From contig UQAZ01000002.1 in NCBI GenBank assembly GCA_900539165.1, positions 13,559-77,558 on the forward strand: 64,000 nt of DNA, read 5' to 3'. Source of the stretch: an uncultured Oscillospiraceae bacterium (GTDB lineage: Bacteria > Bacillota > Clostridia > Oscillospirales > Acutalibacteraceae). Under the pieces are notes generated by a model, which was not told the origin of the DNA, did no database searches, and saw nothing but the letters and a program-made list of their open reading frames with translations. The position numbers and the translations under genes are program-made. Positions 1 to 11,051 of this stretch are shown piece by piece (position 1 is the first letter of the stretch; every line of letters begins with the position of its first letter).

Positions 1-232
1 GAGTACGATAATGGTCGCCTGTCGGAGCAAGAAACACCTGGGTTTTATGTTTTAATCTTCTAAACGACTGAGAATGAATAATTCTGTCCCTGTCACGCTG
101 AAAGCAGGTGCGAATGTCACATTCTGCCTCGTCTCTCTGTCTACCCCGAGAATTTACCGAAAGGGCAGCATAGGGAGAAAGAATTTTCTTTTCGTTTTCT
201 TCCGTAATTTCTCTAATCAGCTTTTGCGTCAT
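1..232 (-). CDS. dGTP triphosphohydrolase-like HD-domain protein, N-terminal fragment; gene runs off the left edge of the window
   Basis: Minus-strand translation from the ATG at 230-232 gives [77 protein letters not shown]. The [21 protein letters not shown]...GDHYRTR segment is the conserved N-terminus of the dGTPase/Dgt family. It is absent from the ORF track because there is no stop codon inside the window. An AAAGGGG RBS lies upstream. Confidence 0.6.
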   Translation of the reverse strand, partial: MTQKLIREITEENEKKILSPYAALSVNSRGRQRDEAECDIRTCFQRDRDRIIHSQSFRRLKHKTQVFLAPTGDHYRT

Positions 233-315
233 AAATTCCCCTTTCGTCAAAAATATACCAATTTTGCTTTCTATTTATTATATACTGCATTTTATACATA
301 TTCCCTTTATTTTTC

Positions 316-344
316 TTGACTAATTTTTTTAATTGGGATATGAT
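316..344 (+). promoter_or_regulatory. Sigma-A-type promoter for the metallophosphoesterase gene
   Basis: TTGACT at 316-321, a 17-nt spacer, then TATGAT at 339-344. An AAAGAGGTG RBS precedes the ATG at 361. Confidence 0.4.
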
Positions 345-360
345 AAAAAAGAGGTGTAAA

Positions 361-1212
361 ATGGAACATATCTTTATAATAATCTTGGCAATGGCAATAA
401 TAACGCTCATAGCCATATTTTTATATCTGCAAAACAACATAATAGATATTACTCAATACGATTTGAAAAGCGATAAAATCAAAGGCAAAGTAAAAATCGT
501 ACAGTTAAGCGACCTGCATTCCAAGCCTTTTAAGAAAGTTTTGAAAAAGCTTGACGAAATAAATCCCGATATAATTTGCATTACGGGTGATTATATCAAC
601 GACCACGAAAAAAACAAACAAAAAATGCTTATCTACGGCAAAGAGCTTGTAAAACGGGCAAGGGTTTACTATATAACAGGAAATCACGAACGCAGGCTGA
701 GCGATTTCGACGGACTTATGGACGAGCTTAAAGATACAGGGTTTATTGTACTGTTAAACAGAATGAGCGTTTATGACTCGGAAAACGGTGAAATAGACAT
801 ACTCGGACTCGACGAAAATCAGGCGGATTTTGAGGATTACAAGGCAAGGAAAAACGGCACATTTGAATACAAGGATATGTCGGAATACTTTAACGAATTA
901 AACAAAGGCAACGGCTACAAAATCGTAATGTCACATTTCCCGGAAAACTTTGAGGGTGTAAAGGAAATGAATTATTCTCAATATGATTTTGACATACAGC
1001 TATCGGGACATGCACACGGCGGTCAATTCTGCCTGCCTTTTATAGGTCCGATTTTTTCGCCCGGTCAGGGTTTCTTGCCCAAATACGCAAAAGGCTCATT
1101 TGGCAGCAGACCTATGCTTATAGTATCGAGAGGACTGGGCAATGCGGAATTTCCGTTTAGATTATTCAACCACCCCGAAATAAATGTAATTAATATAGAA
1201 AACGATAAATAA
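361..1212 (+). CDS. Membrane-anchored calcineurin-like metallophosphoesterase (YkuE-like)
   Basis: N-terminal TM helix. Phosphoesterase motifs are present: LSDLH, GDYIND, GNHE, GHAHGG. The start is moved to 361 because the predicted promoter lies inside the 316 ORF extension. Confidence 0.8.
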   Translation: MEHIFIIILAMAIITLIAIFLYLQNNIIDITQYDLKSDKIKGKVKIVQLSDLHSKPFKKVLKKLDEINPDIICITGDYINDHEKNKQKMLIYGKELVKRARVYYITGNHERRLSDFDGLMDELKDTGFIVLLNRMSVYDSENGEIDILGLDENQADFEDYKARKNGTFEYKDMSEYFNELNKGNGYKIVMSHFPENFEGVKEMNYSQYDFDIQLSGHAHGGQFCLPFIGPIFSPGQGFLPKYAKGSFGSRPMLIVSRGLGNAEFPFRLFNHPEINVINIENDK

Positions 1213-1219
1213 AAAATGA

Positions 1220-1257
1220 AACGGTGAGGACAATCCAAATTGCTCTCACCGTTTTTT
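1220..1257. terminator. Bidirectional intrinsic terminator between the phosphoesterase gene (+) and yigZ (-)
   Basis: Stem AACGGTGAG / CTCACCGTT with a 14-nt loop. It is followed by TTTTTT on the + strand and preceded by an A-run, which gives a U-run for the - strand. Confidence 0.55.
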
Positions 1258-1271
1258 AAGTAAGCGTATAT

Positions 1272-1895
1272 TTACAAAACCTTAGAAAATTCATTTCTAA
1301 GAAATTTAAGGCTATACCGACCGTTTGACACATCGGTCAATTTATCACTAAGAGGCTGTACCCTGTCATCTCTGACGGAAAATTCAACAACTACATTATC
1401 CGAAAACTGAGTATCACGAACAATGGCAGAAAAATCCGACAGCAAAATATTCAGTCGCTCATAAAACGAATAATCAACGCACACAGACATAATACTGCAC
1501 TGAGCCATAGTGATAATGCCTGCCGCATCAACGGCAATCTTTGAGGTGTGGCTGTAAGCTCTGACAAGACCGCCTGCACCTAAGAGTGTTCCGCCAAAAT
1601 ATCTCGTAGCGACAACGCAGACATCAACCAAGCCTTCCTTGAGCAAAACATCCAAAACGGGAACACCTGCCGTACCACTCGGCTCGCCGTCGTCGCTGTA
1701 ACGCTGTATATTATTTTCACGCAGAACATAGGCATAAACATTATGCGTTGCGTCCCAATGCTTTGATTTAATTTTTGAAATAAATTCGGCAGCCTGCTCC
1801 TGAGTTTGCACAGGCTTTGCATAGCCGATAAATTTCGATTTCTTTTCAATAAAGAAATCATCCGCTTCAAGCTCGACCGTCTTATACTCCTGCAT
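1272..1895 (-). CDS. yigZ: YigZ/IMPACT family protein
   Basis: MQEYKTVE...FIEKKSKFIGY...HNVYAYV...SDDGEPSGTAG.P.L..L...GL.DV.VVATRYFGG.LLG.GGL.RAY is the typical UPF0029/IMPACT N-domain. Probable start is M10 of the ORF. Confidence 0.8.
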   Translation of the reverse strand: MQEYKTVELEADDFFIEKKSKFIGYAKPVQTQEQAAEFISKIKSKHWDATHNVYAYVLRENNIQRYSDDGEPSGTAGVPVLDVLLKEGLVDVCVVATRYFGGTLLGAGGLVRAYSHTSKIAVDAAGIITMAQCSIMSVCVDYSFYERLNILLSDFSAIVRDTQFSDNVVVEFSVRDDRVQPLSDKLTDVSNGRYSLKFLRNEFSKVL

Positions 1896-1957
1896 AAAGC
1901 CTCCTGCTAAAAAACAAGGCAACAGAAGTGTTACCTACTGTTGCCGTTATTCTTTGA

Positions 1958-2163
1958 TTAGCCCTTTTTAGCAAATCTCTTGTTGAATCTCTCAACTCGT
2001 CCACCTGTATCTACAAGCTTTTGCTTACCTGTATAGAATGGGTGACACTTTGAGCAGATATCTACCTTCATATCGCCTTTAGTGCTTTTAGTCTCAAATG
2101 TTGCACCGCAAGCACATCTAACTGTACATGTTTGATAATCCGGATGGATTCCTTCCTTCATAA
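1958..2163 (-). CDS. rpmE: 50S ribosomal protein L31
   Basis: [10 protein letters not shown]...C.CG..F.T.ST.....[27 protein letters not shown] matches the L31 signature, including the Cys zinc ribbon. The 92-aa ORF carries a spurious N-terminal extension. Confidence 0.9.
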
Positions 2164-2193
2164 CTTTCACCTCACTTAATCTCATAACGCAAG

Positions 2194-2222
2194 AATTATA
2201 ACAAAGATTGAAATAAATTGCA
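2194..2222 (-). promoter_or_regulatory. Sigma-A-type promoter for rpmE
   Basis: On the minus strand: TTGCAA (2222-2217), a 17-nt spacer, TATAAT (2199-2194), about 30 nt upstream of the rpmE start. Confidence 0.45.
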
Positions 2223-2237
2223 AGAGTTTTTTTCAAA

Positions 2238-5200
2238 TTATTTGTAAATACACGGTTTATTTAGATAAAAAGAATACAATGCTGCCTCTTTAACCGGTTT
2301 TTTGAGAGATTTTTCTATTGCGTACCTATAAAATGCTACCTGATTTTTATACTTATCAAGAAGCTCTGTCTCGCTTTCAGCCCTGTCGGTTTTATAGTCA
2401 ACAAGTACAAGCTCTCCGTTTTCCTCGAAGACGCAATCGGCAATACCTTGAATCAAAACCTCATCATCAAATTCGGTATTTTCAATATTGCACACGGGAA
2501 CAAACGCAGATATTTTGTATTCCCTATATACCCTGTCGCCGTTAAATATTCTATGTGCAAGCTCCGAATTGAAAAACTCGTTAAGTCTGTCCTTATTTAA
2601 CACCTCTGCCTGTTGCAAAGTGATATACGACAGCGACACGAGCCTGTCAATTTCGTTTTGCAAATTCCGTCTTGCATTATCATAATCGCAATACTGCATA
2701 AATGTATGCATTGCGGTTCCCTTTTGAGCCGATGTCATATTTCCCTCTGTTAAAAAGGCGGGCTTTGACGAGGTTAAATACTCATAGCTTCGGTGTGCCT
2801 CATCAAGTGAGGAGGCGGTAAGCTTCGACGGATAATTTGCAAGGGAAAGCCTATCGTACCTAAACGACAGTCTTTTCTTTATTTCTTCAAGCAAAGCAAT
2901 ATCAGCCTGCTGTTCGGGTTTTTTAACTGCCTCGGCCTCTTGCAGAGCATTATCGGAGGTTATGATATTTACAGACATATCAAAATCGTATGACTGCATA
3001 TCCACCTTAACATCAACATCGCACATATCACGGAGAACCTGTCCGTCTTTATGAAGAAGAGCAGCCGTAATAATAAAGTCGCCGTCACTGCGAACCTTTT
3101 GAACGGAAAGAGGCGAAACAGCACCGTCATTAATCATACTTGCTTTTTTATTGACGGTATCATGAATGTTCTTTGTTGTATAAAATGTAACGAATTGTTC
3201 TCTTGCTCTTGTAAGCGCAACATAAAGAACACGAAGATTTTCGCTCATCAATTCACGAGAATTTATTTCTTTCAAAGCGGTATACTGCAAAGAATCATAT
3301 CTGCTGAGCGTATCCTCGTTATACACTTTCAAGCCGATACCAAAGCGAGAATTAAGCTGTATTCTTTTCTTAGTGTCATCGGTATTGTACTGATGACTGC
3401 TTCCCGCAAGAATACAGACAGGAAATTCAAGTCCTTTTGATTTATGTATAGTCATAATATTGACTGCGTTACTGTCGGTATGGGTAACTGCCGGACTTTC
3501 AATATTAAACTTATTATCAATAATGGCATCAACATATCTCAAAAACGAGGTCAAACCGACATTATCCCCGCCGTCAAACCTCTTTGCTATATCGACAAGC
3601 TTCATAACATTAAGCACTCTTTGCTCGTGATTGCCCATTGCCGAAATAACGGAAAGATAAGAGGTTTCGGATATAATTGTTCTGATAAGGCTTTCGACAC
3701 TCATTGAGCTTGCATACTCTCTGTACCTCTTCAAATCATTTACAAACACGGAGAAATCCAAATTATCAATAATTGAATTATACAGATTTTTAGCGTTACG
3801 CTTCAATTTTGCTCCGGCAAGGTCATCCGGTGTAAAGCCGTAAAAAGCAGACATAAGCGTTGCCAAAAGAGGCACGTCCTGCAACGGATTATCAATACTT
3901 CGCAAAAGGTTAAGAAGAATAAGCACTTCATTAGCAGAAAACAAATTTGACTTGTTATTAAAAACAGTCGGTATGCCGTACCTTGAAAACACCTCTGCAA
4001 ACACAGGTACTTTATCCTTATCGGAACGCATAAGAACGGCAAAATCACCGTACTTGATAGGTCTGTATCCGTTCTTATCCATAACAAGTTCTGCGCCTTG
4101 AACCTTAGATATAATGTATTCGGCAACCTTTTCTGCCTCATACTCATTTGCGTCCTTATCCTCGGGCGTTTCAAGCAGATAAAGCGAAGCAGACGGAATA
4201 TCGGTTTTTTCATATTCCAAACCGTTATTGAGTCGTTCGTTACCGTCATAGTTTACCTCACCGACCTTTGAGGACATAAAGTGGGAAAAGACGAAATTAA
4301 CATAAGAGCATATTTCAGCTCTTGAACGGAAATTTGTATCAAGATTTATTTTATAGCTTTGTTTATTACCGTTTCGCTCAAAATCAGCATACGCTTCCTT
4401 TTTAGCATTAAAGATTTGAGGCATAGCAAGTCTGAAACGATAAATGCTCTGCTTCATATCACCTACCATAAATCTGTTATGACCGTTTGAAAGCATCTTA
4501 AACAATGTATCCTGAGCCGAATTTGTATCCTGATACTCGTCAACAAGTATCTCATAAAAATTATCGCTAAGCTCTTTTGCCAAATCGGTTTTTACAACAT
4601 TGCCGTCGTTATCTCTGTAAAACAAAAGCTCGATTGCAAAGTGTTCAACATCGGCAAAGGTGTAAGAATTTAGCTTTCTTTTTTCCTCTTTTACTGCCAA
4701 AGAAAATTCCTTAATAATCTTACAAAGCAGACAAATCATAGGATAAAGCCTTTTACAATCCTGCTCATACTCATCGGCAGACACAGAATAAAGTGCTTTA
4801 AGCTTCTTTTGAAACAGCTCCTTATATATCGCTCTGTTGGCAGTAACGATAGCTCTTGACGGACTTGTATAACCTCTCTTGGTAGGCATTCTGATATAAG
4901 TAACATTATTTACAGCGTCGGTGATTTTATCCCACTGCCTTTGCTCCAGCACAGTTCTTACATATTCAACATAATCTTTCTCGCTCAAAAGCATATCCTT
5001 GTACTTATCATAAAGCAAATCGTCTGTAACAAGGGACGAAATAGAATTGTTAATAAGCTCGACTGCGTAATCAAGGGATTCTTCGGTTCGTTCATATGCG
5101 TGCTGTGCAACAAACGAATCGGAAAGCTTTACACTCGGATTATACATCTCGCAAGCCTCATCAAGCCAAGTATCGGGGAAAGCCTGCGACGAGGTAAACA

Positions 5201-5750
5201 AATTAATTTGGCGGATAAATGCGGAAAGGTCGCTGTCATTTTTAGATGATGAAAACATTTCTACGAGGTCATAAAAGTTATTATCACCGCTTTCGTAATA
5301 GCTGTCAATTATCTCATCAAGGACAGTCTGCTCCACAAGCATACGCTGCGAATCATCCATAATGCTGAAATCCTGCTGAATATCAAGCTTAAAGAAATTT
5401 TCTCTTACAAGATTTATACAAAAAGAGTCGATAGTGCAAATCATAGCACCGGGCAAAAGCGAATACTGTCGTTTCGCCCTTGAAATAATTTCATCCGAGT
5501 TAGGCTCATTTGCGGCGGTGCTTATCACTTCACGCAGTTTTTTTGCAATTCTGTTTCGCATTTCAGAAGCGGCGGCATTGGTAAAGGTAACTATCAGAAG
5601 CTTATCAATAGGAACACCGTCATCAATAACCGTTTTGATAACTCGTTCAACAAGGACGGCAGTTTTACCCGAGCCTGCCGCAGCGTTTACCAATATATTT
5701 GAATTTTTTGCATTAATCGCATTTTGTTGGGGGACGGTCCATTTAGTCAT
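2238..5750 (-). CDS. addA: ATP-dependent helicase/nuclease subunit A (AddA, UvrD-like helicase plus RecB-type nuclease)
   Basis: Walker A GSGKTAVL and UvrD-family helicase motifs. C-terminal RecB-family nuclease motif GIADCV...LVDYKTD. 1170 aa. The start overlaps the addB stop by 8 nt. Confidence 0.9.
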   Translation of the reverse strand: MTKWTVPQQNAINAKNSNILVNAAAGSGKTAVLVERVIKTVIDDGVPIDKLLIVTFTNAAASEMRNRIAKKLREVISTAANEPNSDEIISRAKRQYSLLPGAMICTIDSFCINLVRENFFKLDIQQDFSIMDDSQRMLVEQTVLDEIIDSYYESGDNNFYDLVEMFSSSKNDSDLSAFIRQINLFTSSQAFPDTWLDEACEMYNPSVKLSDSFVAQHAYERTEESLDYAVELINNSISSLVTDDLLYDKYKDMLLSEKDYVEYVRTVLEQRQWDKITDAVNNVTYIRMPTKRGYTSPSRAIVTANRAIYKELFQKKLKALYSVSADEYEQDCKRLYPMICLLCKIIKEFSLAVKEEKRKLNSYTFADVEHFAIELLFYRDNDGNVVKTDLAKELSDNFYEILVDEYQDTNSAQDTLFKMLSNGHNRFMVGDMKQSIYRFRLAMPQIFNAKKEAYADFERNGNKQSYKINLDTNFRSRAEICSYVNFVFSHFMSSKVGEVNYDGNERLNNGLEYEKTDIPSASLYLLETPEDKDANEYEAEKVAEYIISKVQGAELVMDKNGYRPIKYGDFAVLMRSDKDKVPVFAEVFSRYGIPTVFNNKSNLFSANEVLILLNLLRSIDNPLQDVPLLATLMSAFYGFTPDDLAGAKLKRNAKNLYNSIIDNLDFSVFVNDLKRYREYASSMSVESLIRTIISETSYLSVISAMGNHEQRVLNVMKLVDIAKRFDGGDNVGLTSFLRYVDAIIDNKFNIESPAVTHTDSNAVNIMTIHKSKGLEFPVCILAGSSHQYNTDDTKKRIQLNSRFGIGLKVYNEDTLSRYDSLQYTALKEINSRELMSENLRVLYVALTRAREQFVTFYTTKNIHDTVNKKASMINDGAVSPLSVQKVRSDGDFIITAALLHKDGQVLRDMCDVDVKVDMQSYDFDMSVNIITSDNALQEAEAVKKPEQQADIALLEEIKKRLSFRYDRLSLANYPSKLTASSLDEAHRSYEYLTSSKPAFLTEGNMTSAQKGTAMHTFMQYCDYDNARRNLQNEIDRLVSLSYITLQQAEVLNKDRLNEFFNSELAHRIFNGDRVYREYKISAFVPVCNIENTEFDDEVLIQGIADCVFEENGELVLVDYKTDRAESETELLDKYKNQVAFYRYAIEKSLKKPVKEAALYSFYLNKPCIYK

Positions 5751-8700
5751 TATTCACATCCTCCTTTAAGGCTTTAATTGCATCTTCAAAATCCATATCG
5801 TTAAACGAATTTGGTATAATTTCTTTCTTGTTTTTACAAACATCCTTATAATCGCAAAATTCACAGGTCTTATTGTGCTTTTCGGAATTTGCAGGCGACT
5901 GCGGAATGTTTCCGTTATGAAGATTATCGCCCATAGAAACAATGAGTTCGTCTATTTTTGCAGAAATTCTTCCAAGGTCGGCAAGAGAAACAATATTACC
6001 GCCAAGGCCTTTATTTGTTAATGAAACCGGAATATATTTATTACTCCACTCTCTGTCCATATGCTCGGCAATGCTATGCTCTTCGTCATTTAAGACAACG
6101 CCCTTCATACAAAATTCTTTATTTTCCTTAGAAGATAAATCCTTAGCATTTCTTTCAACGTTGAAAACGCTTCTTGCAGAATGCATATAAAGCACGCCTG
6201 CCTCAACACCCGAAAGCTTATTATCCGACGCACAGAGTGTAAACAGATAAATGAACATCTGCAAATTTAAGCCGTGCAAAATATCGCTGAGCTTGAATTC
6301 TTTGCTTCCGCTTTTATAATCGACAACCCTTACATACTGAACGCCGTTTTCTACATAGGTATCAACACGGTCTATTGAGCCTTTGATTTTTATGGTACCT
6401 CCGTCCGAAAGCTTATAGGTCTTTGACATAACCTCTTCATTTTCACTTCCGTCGCCGATAGATAGTTCAAATGCTTTCGCTTCAAAGTCGCTGTTAAGAA
6501 ATTCATCACGCAATCTGATAACAACCTCTGTAAGCATTTTAGACAGTCTCATAAACTGATACTTAAATCTTGCGCTTTGCTTTTCGCTGTCGCCCATTTT
6601 GGTATCAAAATAGATTTTCAAATATTTTTCTGTAAGACTTGCAATTTCATTTTTATCAAGCTGAACAAGTCTTTTTGTAGACACATCCTTAATCAGATGT
6701 TCGAGTACGAAATGGATAACCGTACCGGTTTGCATTGCGTTCATTTCTGCCTTTGTTCTCGGTCTGACATTAAGTCCGAATTTGCAAAAATACCTAAAAG
6801 CACAATTATAATAATCCTCAATTCTTGATGCTGACAGGTACATATCCTTCTTAAACAGTTTTTCTGCAAGTTCCTTGTTTTTAATTTGCATTTGGGGATT
6901 TTCGCAAAGAGCGTTTACTGCATTAAGTCTGTATTCGTAATCCTTTTTTTCTGAAAAATACTGCTTTAGAGTAGCAATTATTTCGCTGTCAGCGTCATAA
7001 TCCGACGCAAGATATTCAAAGGCATTTGCATCACTTTCAAGGCAGTCTAAAGTAATATCGTTTGGTGCGTGTTCAACGGTTAATTCATTTAACGCATCCT
7101 TTATTTCACTTACAAGGGAGCTTTCACATGTATCGTCAACAGAATTTCTGTAAGAAACGAACAGCATATCAGTGGCACACGAAGCAGCCATATATGCAAA
7201 AAATCGTTCCTGAGCATTCAGCGTTTCTCCGTAAGAATAAAGCTTAAAATCATCGTCGATAAGCCTTACTCTGTCTGCCTCGCTGAGAAGTCCCGAGGAG
7301 GAAACATTTTGAGGAAATTCGCCCTCGTTCGCCCCGAGGACAAAGCACGCATACGGATTATTACAGCGTATTCTGTCGGCAGAGCCGAACTGAACATTAT
7401 CAAGTCCTATCGGAACATTACCCAAGTCCTCGTTTGCAATCATAAGATTGAAAAGCTTTGCGTATTCCTTAATACTTATTTTCTCTCCGTCAGAGAGCGT
7501 GGCAAGCTGATTAAGAATATCCATCAGCAAATCCCAAACTCTGCCCTGTTCCAATGCAAGAGCTGATTTTCCGTTTTCATCAAGTGCAACTGCCAACTGC
7601 TTTATATTCTTATCTACCGAAAAATCAAGCAGCGTATAATAAATAGCAGTCGAAATGCCCTTAGCATCTGTACTCTTTACTCTATGCGAAAAATTTTCAA
7701 GTCGAGAGGAAACATACTCCCTGTATGTATTGATTTTTTCAAGTGCCTTTTTATCGGAATCGGTGATTTCCTCTACAAAACCCTTAGTGGATTCAGTAAA
7801 CGGTGACTTCCATTTATTACCGTTAATATTCCACATAAAAGCGTAATTTTCAAGGCTTGAAATACTTTCTGTATCAAGCTGAGTAAGTCCTGTTTTAAGA
7901 AGCGAGAAAACATCGTCGGAGCGAAAATAATACTCACACACTCTAAACAGATAATTAATAAACATAACACAAGGCTGTGAGGATATATTTTGTCTTTCGT
8001 CGTCAAAATACGGAATATTATATTTTGAAAACGCAAACTGAAGCTCTCTGCGATACTTTTCTGCATCACGGCAGATAACGGTAATATCGCAAGGGTTTAT
8101 GCCTCTTCTGAGAAGCTTTGATATTGAAGATGAAACATAATCGCATTCATCAACAATATTTTTTGCACAATAAACAGACACATTGGATACCGCACCCGAA
8201 TACGGAGCTTTGGTATCGGCATAAATATTTTTTTCAAGGCAACGAAGCTCGTCATTATTTGCCCTGTGATTTTCCGTCAAATAAACAGGCGGCAATATTT
8301 CAACACCCTGCTTTTTTGCAACAGAGGTCAAAATATCAATATTAGAATTAACATATGAAAAGAGGCTGTACTTATCCCTGTTTTCGATGAGTTGTGAGCA
8401 AAATGTTATATAAACAGCGTCAGCCTGCTTTAATATAATTTCAAGAATTTTATATTCCTGTGCAACAAAGCCTGAAAAACCGTCGATATAAACGGTTTTG
8501 CCCTTAAAATAATCAAGAGTCAGCAAGCGTTCATAAAGATATGTGAGTTCCTCGGCAGGGTCTGTATATTTATCCTTAATCAGTTCGTCATATGCGGACA
8601 TTATAAGTGCTATATCGTGAAGCTTTTGCGACAAGGTAAGCTTTTCAGCATTTTGCGAAGCCGAAATAATGTCGTCACAGGAGACACGACAAGCCTTCAT

Positions 8701-9078
8701 TTCGTCATATATTCTTATAGCAGAAGCGATAAAGGCATTATTATTTACATTTTTAGAAAAAAGCTCAAGCTCATCCTTACATAAATCACAAGCCTTCTTA
8801 AACAACACAGCCTTTGCACCCTTTGAAAGCATAGGAAGTGTAAAAGACCCGTATTTTTTTGCTATATCGCCCGAAAGCCTTGAAAACGAGCCGTTTTCCA
8901 CACAATTAACCTTATCTTCTCCCAAGTCCTTCAGCAGTCTTCTTTCGCTGATAAATGAAAATTGCTCAGGAGTAATAAGCAGGATGCTGCCGTCACCCTG
9001 CTCTACTCTGTTTTTTATACTGTTAAACACATATTCGGTTTTACCGCTTCCGGCTCTGCCGATAATCATTTGAAGCAT
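5743..9078 (-). CDS. addB: ATP-dependent helicase/nuclease subunit B (AddB)
   Basis: N-terminal IIGRAGSGKT. C-terminal nuclease/Fe-S region with RVVDYKSG and the cysteine cluster CEFCDYKDVC. Roughly 1110 aa, immediately upstream of addA. The start is chosen at ATG 9078, preceded by a GGAGGT RBS. Confidence 0.9.
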   Translation of the reverse strand: MLQMIIGRAGSGKTEYVFNSIKNRVEQGDGSILLITPEQFSFISERRLLKDLGEDKVNCVENGSFSRLSGDIAKKYGSFTLPMLSKGAKAVLFKKACDLCKDELELFSKNVNNNAFIASAIRIYDEMKACRVSCDDIISASQNAEKLTLSQKLHDIALIMSAYDELIKDKYTDPAEELTYLYERLLTLDYFKGKTVYIDGFSGFVAQEYKILEIILKQADAVYITFCSQLIENRDKYSLFSYVNSNIDILTSVAKKQGVEILPPVYLTENHRANNDELRCLEKNIYADTKAPYSGAVSNVSVYCAKNIVDECDYVSSSISKLLRRGINPCDITVICRDAEKYRRELQFAFSKYNIPYFDDERQNISSQPCVMFINYLFRVCEYYFRSDDVFSLLKTGLTQLDTESISSLENYAFMWNINGNKWKSPFTESTKGFVEEITDSDKKALEKINTYREYVSSRLENFSHRVKSTDAKGISTAIYYTLLDFSVDKNIKQLAVALDENGKSALALEQGRVWDLLMDILNQLATLSDGEKISIKEYAKLFNLMIANEDLGNVPIGLDNVQFGSADRIRCNNPYACFVLGANEGEFPQNVSSSGLLSEADRVRLIDDDFKLYSYGETLNAQERFFAYMAASCATDMLFVSYRNSVDDTCESSLVSEIKDALNELTVEHAPNDITLDCLESDANAFEYLASDYDADSEIIATLKQYFSEKKDYEYRLNAVNALCENPQMQIKNKELAEKLFKKDMYLSASRIEDYYNCAFRYFCKFGLNVRPRTKAEMNAMQTGTVIHFVLEHLIKDVSTKRLVQLDKNEIASLTEKYLKIYFDTKMGDSEKQSARFKYQFMRLSKMLTEVVIRLRDEFLNSDFEAKAFELSIGDGSENEEVMSKTYKLSDGGTIKIKGSIDRVDTYVENGVQYVRVVDYKSGSKEFKLSDILHGLNLQMFIYLFTLCASDNKLSGVEAGVLYMHSARSVFNVERNAKDLSSKENKEFCMKGVVLNDEEHSIAEHMDREWSNKYIPVSLTNKGLGGNIVSLADLGRISAKIDELIVSMGDNLHNGNIPQSPANSEKHNKTCEFCDYKDVCKNKKEIIPNSFNDMDFEDAIKALKEDVNND

Positions 9079-9079
9079 A

Positions 9080-9790
9080 CTATACCTCCGGTGTAATAAG
9101 TCCCTGTGTAAGCATTCTCTCATAAGCTTCGAGTAAAAAATCGTACATCGGCTCTGCTACATCAAACGCAAGCTTCATTTCGTTAATAATAGCAGGAGAG
9201 GCTATGACGCTCAAATCATTACTGTTATACGAAAAGCCAAAGCTTTTTGCATTAAGATAGGGCTTCAGCTCCTTTGGCGCATCGGGGTACCTATCCTTTT
9301 TATAGGTATCGTATGTTTCAAAGGTAAAGCCTGCCTGCTCGCAAGCCTTTAGTGCAGACTTAAAGCGACGAGGCTGTTCAATAATCATATCATGCACAAC
9401 CTTAATAGAAGAAGCCTTCCAAGTCCACAGCACCAAACCGTAGCCGTATGAGTCGGGATAAAATTCAAAATAATAAAACGGTGCTGAGGGATATTCCTTT
9501 TTATACCGTCTGAAAAACACCCACATATTTTCTCTGTATTTAATTTTAGAGCGATTACCACGGGTATCACGATAAATACGAGAAACGGCACGAACGGGGT
9601 CAAGATACATCTTATCGTCTATTTCAAACATAAGCTCTGACATATCAAGAACCATTTGACGAAGCGGAACGGTAATGCCCTGCTTTAATTCTTCTTTATG
9701 TTCCTCATAAAATTCCTTTGAGTCATTAAATCTGTTTAGGCACAAGAGTTCAATGCTCTCGGGTTTAATACCTGTATAATTATGCTTCAT
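9080..9790 (-). CDS. DUF2461 (TIGR02453) family protein
   Basis: The RIYRDTRGNRSKIKY.ENMW segment resembles the DUF2461 signature (RIyRDtRFskDKtPYK). Length is about 236 aa. The stop lies 1 nt from the addB start codon. Confidence 0.7.
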   Translation of the reverse strand: MKHNYTGIKPESIELLCLNRFNDSKEFYEEHKEELKQGITVPLRQMVLDMSELMFEIDDKMYLDPVRAVSRIYRDTRGNRSKIKYRENMWVFFRRYKKEYPSAPFYYFEFYPDSYGYGLVLWTWKASSIKVVHDMIIEQPRRFKSALKACEQAGFTFETYDTYKKDRYPDAPKELKPYLNAKSFGFSYNSNDLSVIASPAIINEMKLAFDVAEPMYDFLLEAYERMLTQGLITPEV

Positions 9791-11051
9791 TTTTCAGCAA
9801 TCCCTTTCTAAGCATAGATTGTGCGGCAAGCTTTGCACAAATCTTTGCCGAATGAAAATTAAGTCCGCCTTGAATCCAAGCGTAAAACGGCTCTCTGATA
9901 GGAGCGTCTGCCGAAAGCTCTATTGACGAACCGAGAGTAAATGCACCTGCTGCCATAACAACCTTACTGTCGTAGCCCGGCATATCCCAAGGCTCAGGCA
10001 AAACAAAACTGTCAACAGGACTTCCGCTTTGAATACCCTGACAAAAAGCAACAAGGCTTTCCTCATTTTCTAAACCGAGGCACTGGACAATATCGCCTCT
10101 TGTTTCGTTATATCTCGGAGTTACATCATAACCAAAGCCCTCAAACAATGCAGCTGTGTAAACGGCACTTTTAAGAGCCTCGCCGACCGTATGAGGAGCA
10201 AAGAACAAACCCATATATAATTCTCTGTTCATTCCGACAGTACAGCCGACCTCTTTACCGAGACCCGGAGTCGTAAGCCTATAAGCACATTTTTCCACAA
10301 GGTCGTGCCTACCGCAAATATATCCGCCCGTTCTGGCAATACCGCCGCCTGCGTTTTTAATAAGAGAGCCTGCTATAAGGTCTGCTCCGACCTCGGTAGG
10401 TTCTTTAGTTTGAGTAAATTCACCGTAACAGTTATCAACCATTACGATAACATTTGGATTTTTAGCCTTAGCCACCTTAACAATATCCTCAATGACATCA
10501 ACGGTGAGCGACGGTCTAAGCTCATATCCACGGCTGCGTTGAATGTAAACCATAGTAACGCTGTCGTCAACGGCATTTGAAATAGCCTCTAAATCAGGCT
10601 TATCGTCCTTTAATGCCACCTCATCATACGCAATGCCGAAGTCCTTTAGAGAACCCATCCCCTCGCCTGTAATACCGATAACGCCGTGAATCGTGTCATA
10701 AGGCGTGCCGGTAACGCAAAGCATTTTATCACCCGGACGAAGAACGCCGAATAATGCGGTTGCAAGGGTGTGAGTTCCGCAAGTGAAGTTATGTCTTACT
10801 AACGCATCCTCTGCACCGAAAATCTGCGCCCACATTCTGTCGAGTGCTTCTCTGCCACGGTCGCCGTAGCCGTATCCGGTTGAGGATACAAAATGGCTTT
10901 CGGAAATACAATTATCAATAAAAGCCTTTTGCACCTTTAACTGATTAAATTCTGTAATTCTTTCTATTTCATCAAAGGCATCTTTACAAAGCTCCACTGC
11001 ACTTTGTGACTGCGCCTCTATTCGTTCGTCAATTTCAAAAAACGGATTCAT
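9780..11051 (-). CDS. Methionine gamma-lyase family (YnbB-like, 'aluminium resistance') PLP-dependent protein
   Basis: 423 aa with a PLP-fold layout of the Met_gamma_lyase family (DUF/PF06838-like), e.g. GYGYGD.GR..LD...A.IFGAE.ALVR...GTHA and ...KN.GGG.A..GGYI.G. Overlaps both neighbours by 4-11 nt. Confidence 0.7.
   Translation of the reverse strand: MNPFFEIDERIEAQSQSAVELCKDAFDEIERITEFNQLKVQKAFIDNCISESHFVSSTGYGYGDRGREALDRMWAQIFGAEDALVRHNFTCGTHTLATALFGVLRPGDKMLCVTGTPYDTIHGVIGITGEGMGSLKDFGIAYDEVALKDDKPDLEAISNAVDDSVTMVYIQRSRGYELRPSLTVDVIEDIVKVAKAKNPNVIVMVDNCYGEFTQTKEPTEVGADLIAGSLIKNAGGGIARTGGYICGRHDLVEKCAYRLTTPGLGKEVGCTVGMNRELYMGLFFAPHTVGEALKSAVYTAALFEGFGYDVTPRYNETRGDIVQCLGLENEESLVAFCQGIQSGSPVDSFVLPEPWDMPGYDSKVVMAAGAFTLGSSIELSADAPIREPFYAWIQGGLNFHSAKICAKLAAQSMLRKGLLKNEA

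Noticed and set aside
316-360. Longer N-terminal extension (MTNFFNWDMIKKRCK) of the phosphoesterase ORF
   Set aside because: It contains the TTGACT-17-TATGAT promoter and the RBS. Translation most likely starts at 361.
213-440. 75-aa minus-strand ORF spanning the dgt start and the phosphoesterase promoter
   Set aside because: It overlaps two better-supported features and the promoter region, and has a low-complexity K/I-rich composition. Likely spurious.
1580-1870. Nested same-strand and antisense ORFs inside long genes (for example 1580-1870, 9385-9603, 3051-3440, 55709-56131)
   Set aside because: All lie within well-supported conserved genes in other frames and lack RBS or start context. 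They are typical six-frame noise.
9079-9123. ORF-track start of addB at 9123 (MRECLHRD...)
   Set aside because: That start would overlap DUF2461 by 44 nt and lacks an RBS. The ATG at 9078 gives the canonical MLQMIIGRAGSGKT N-terminus with a GGAGGT RBS.
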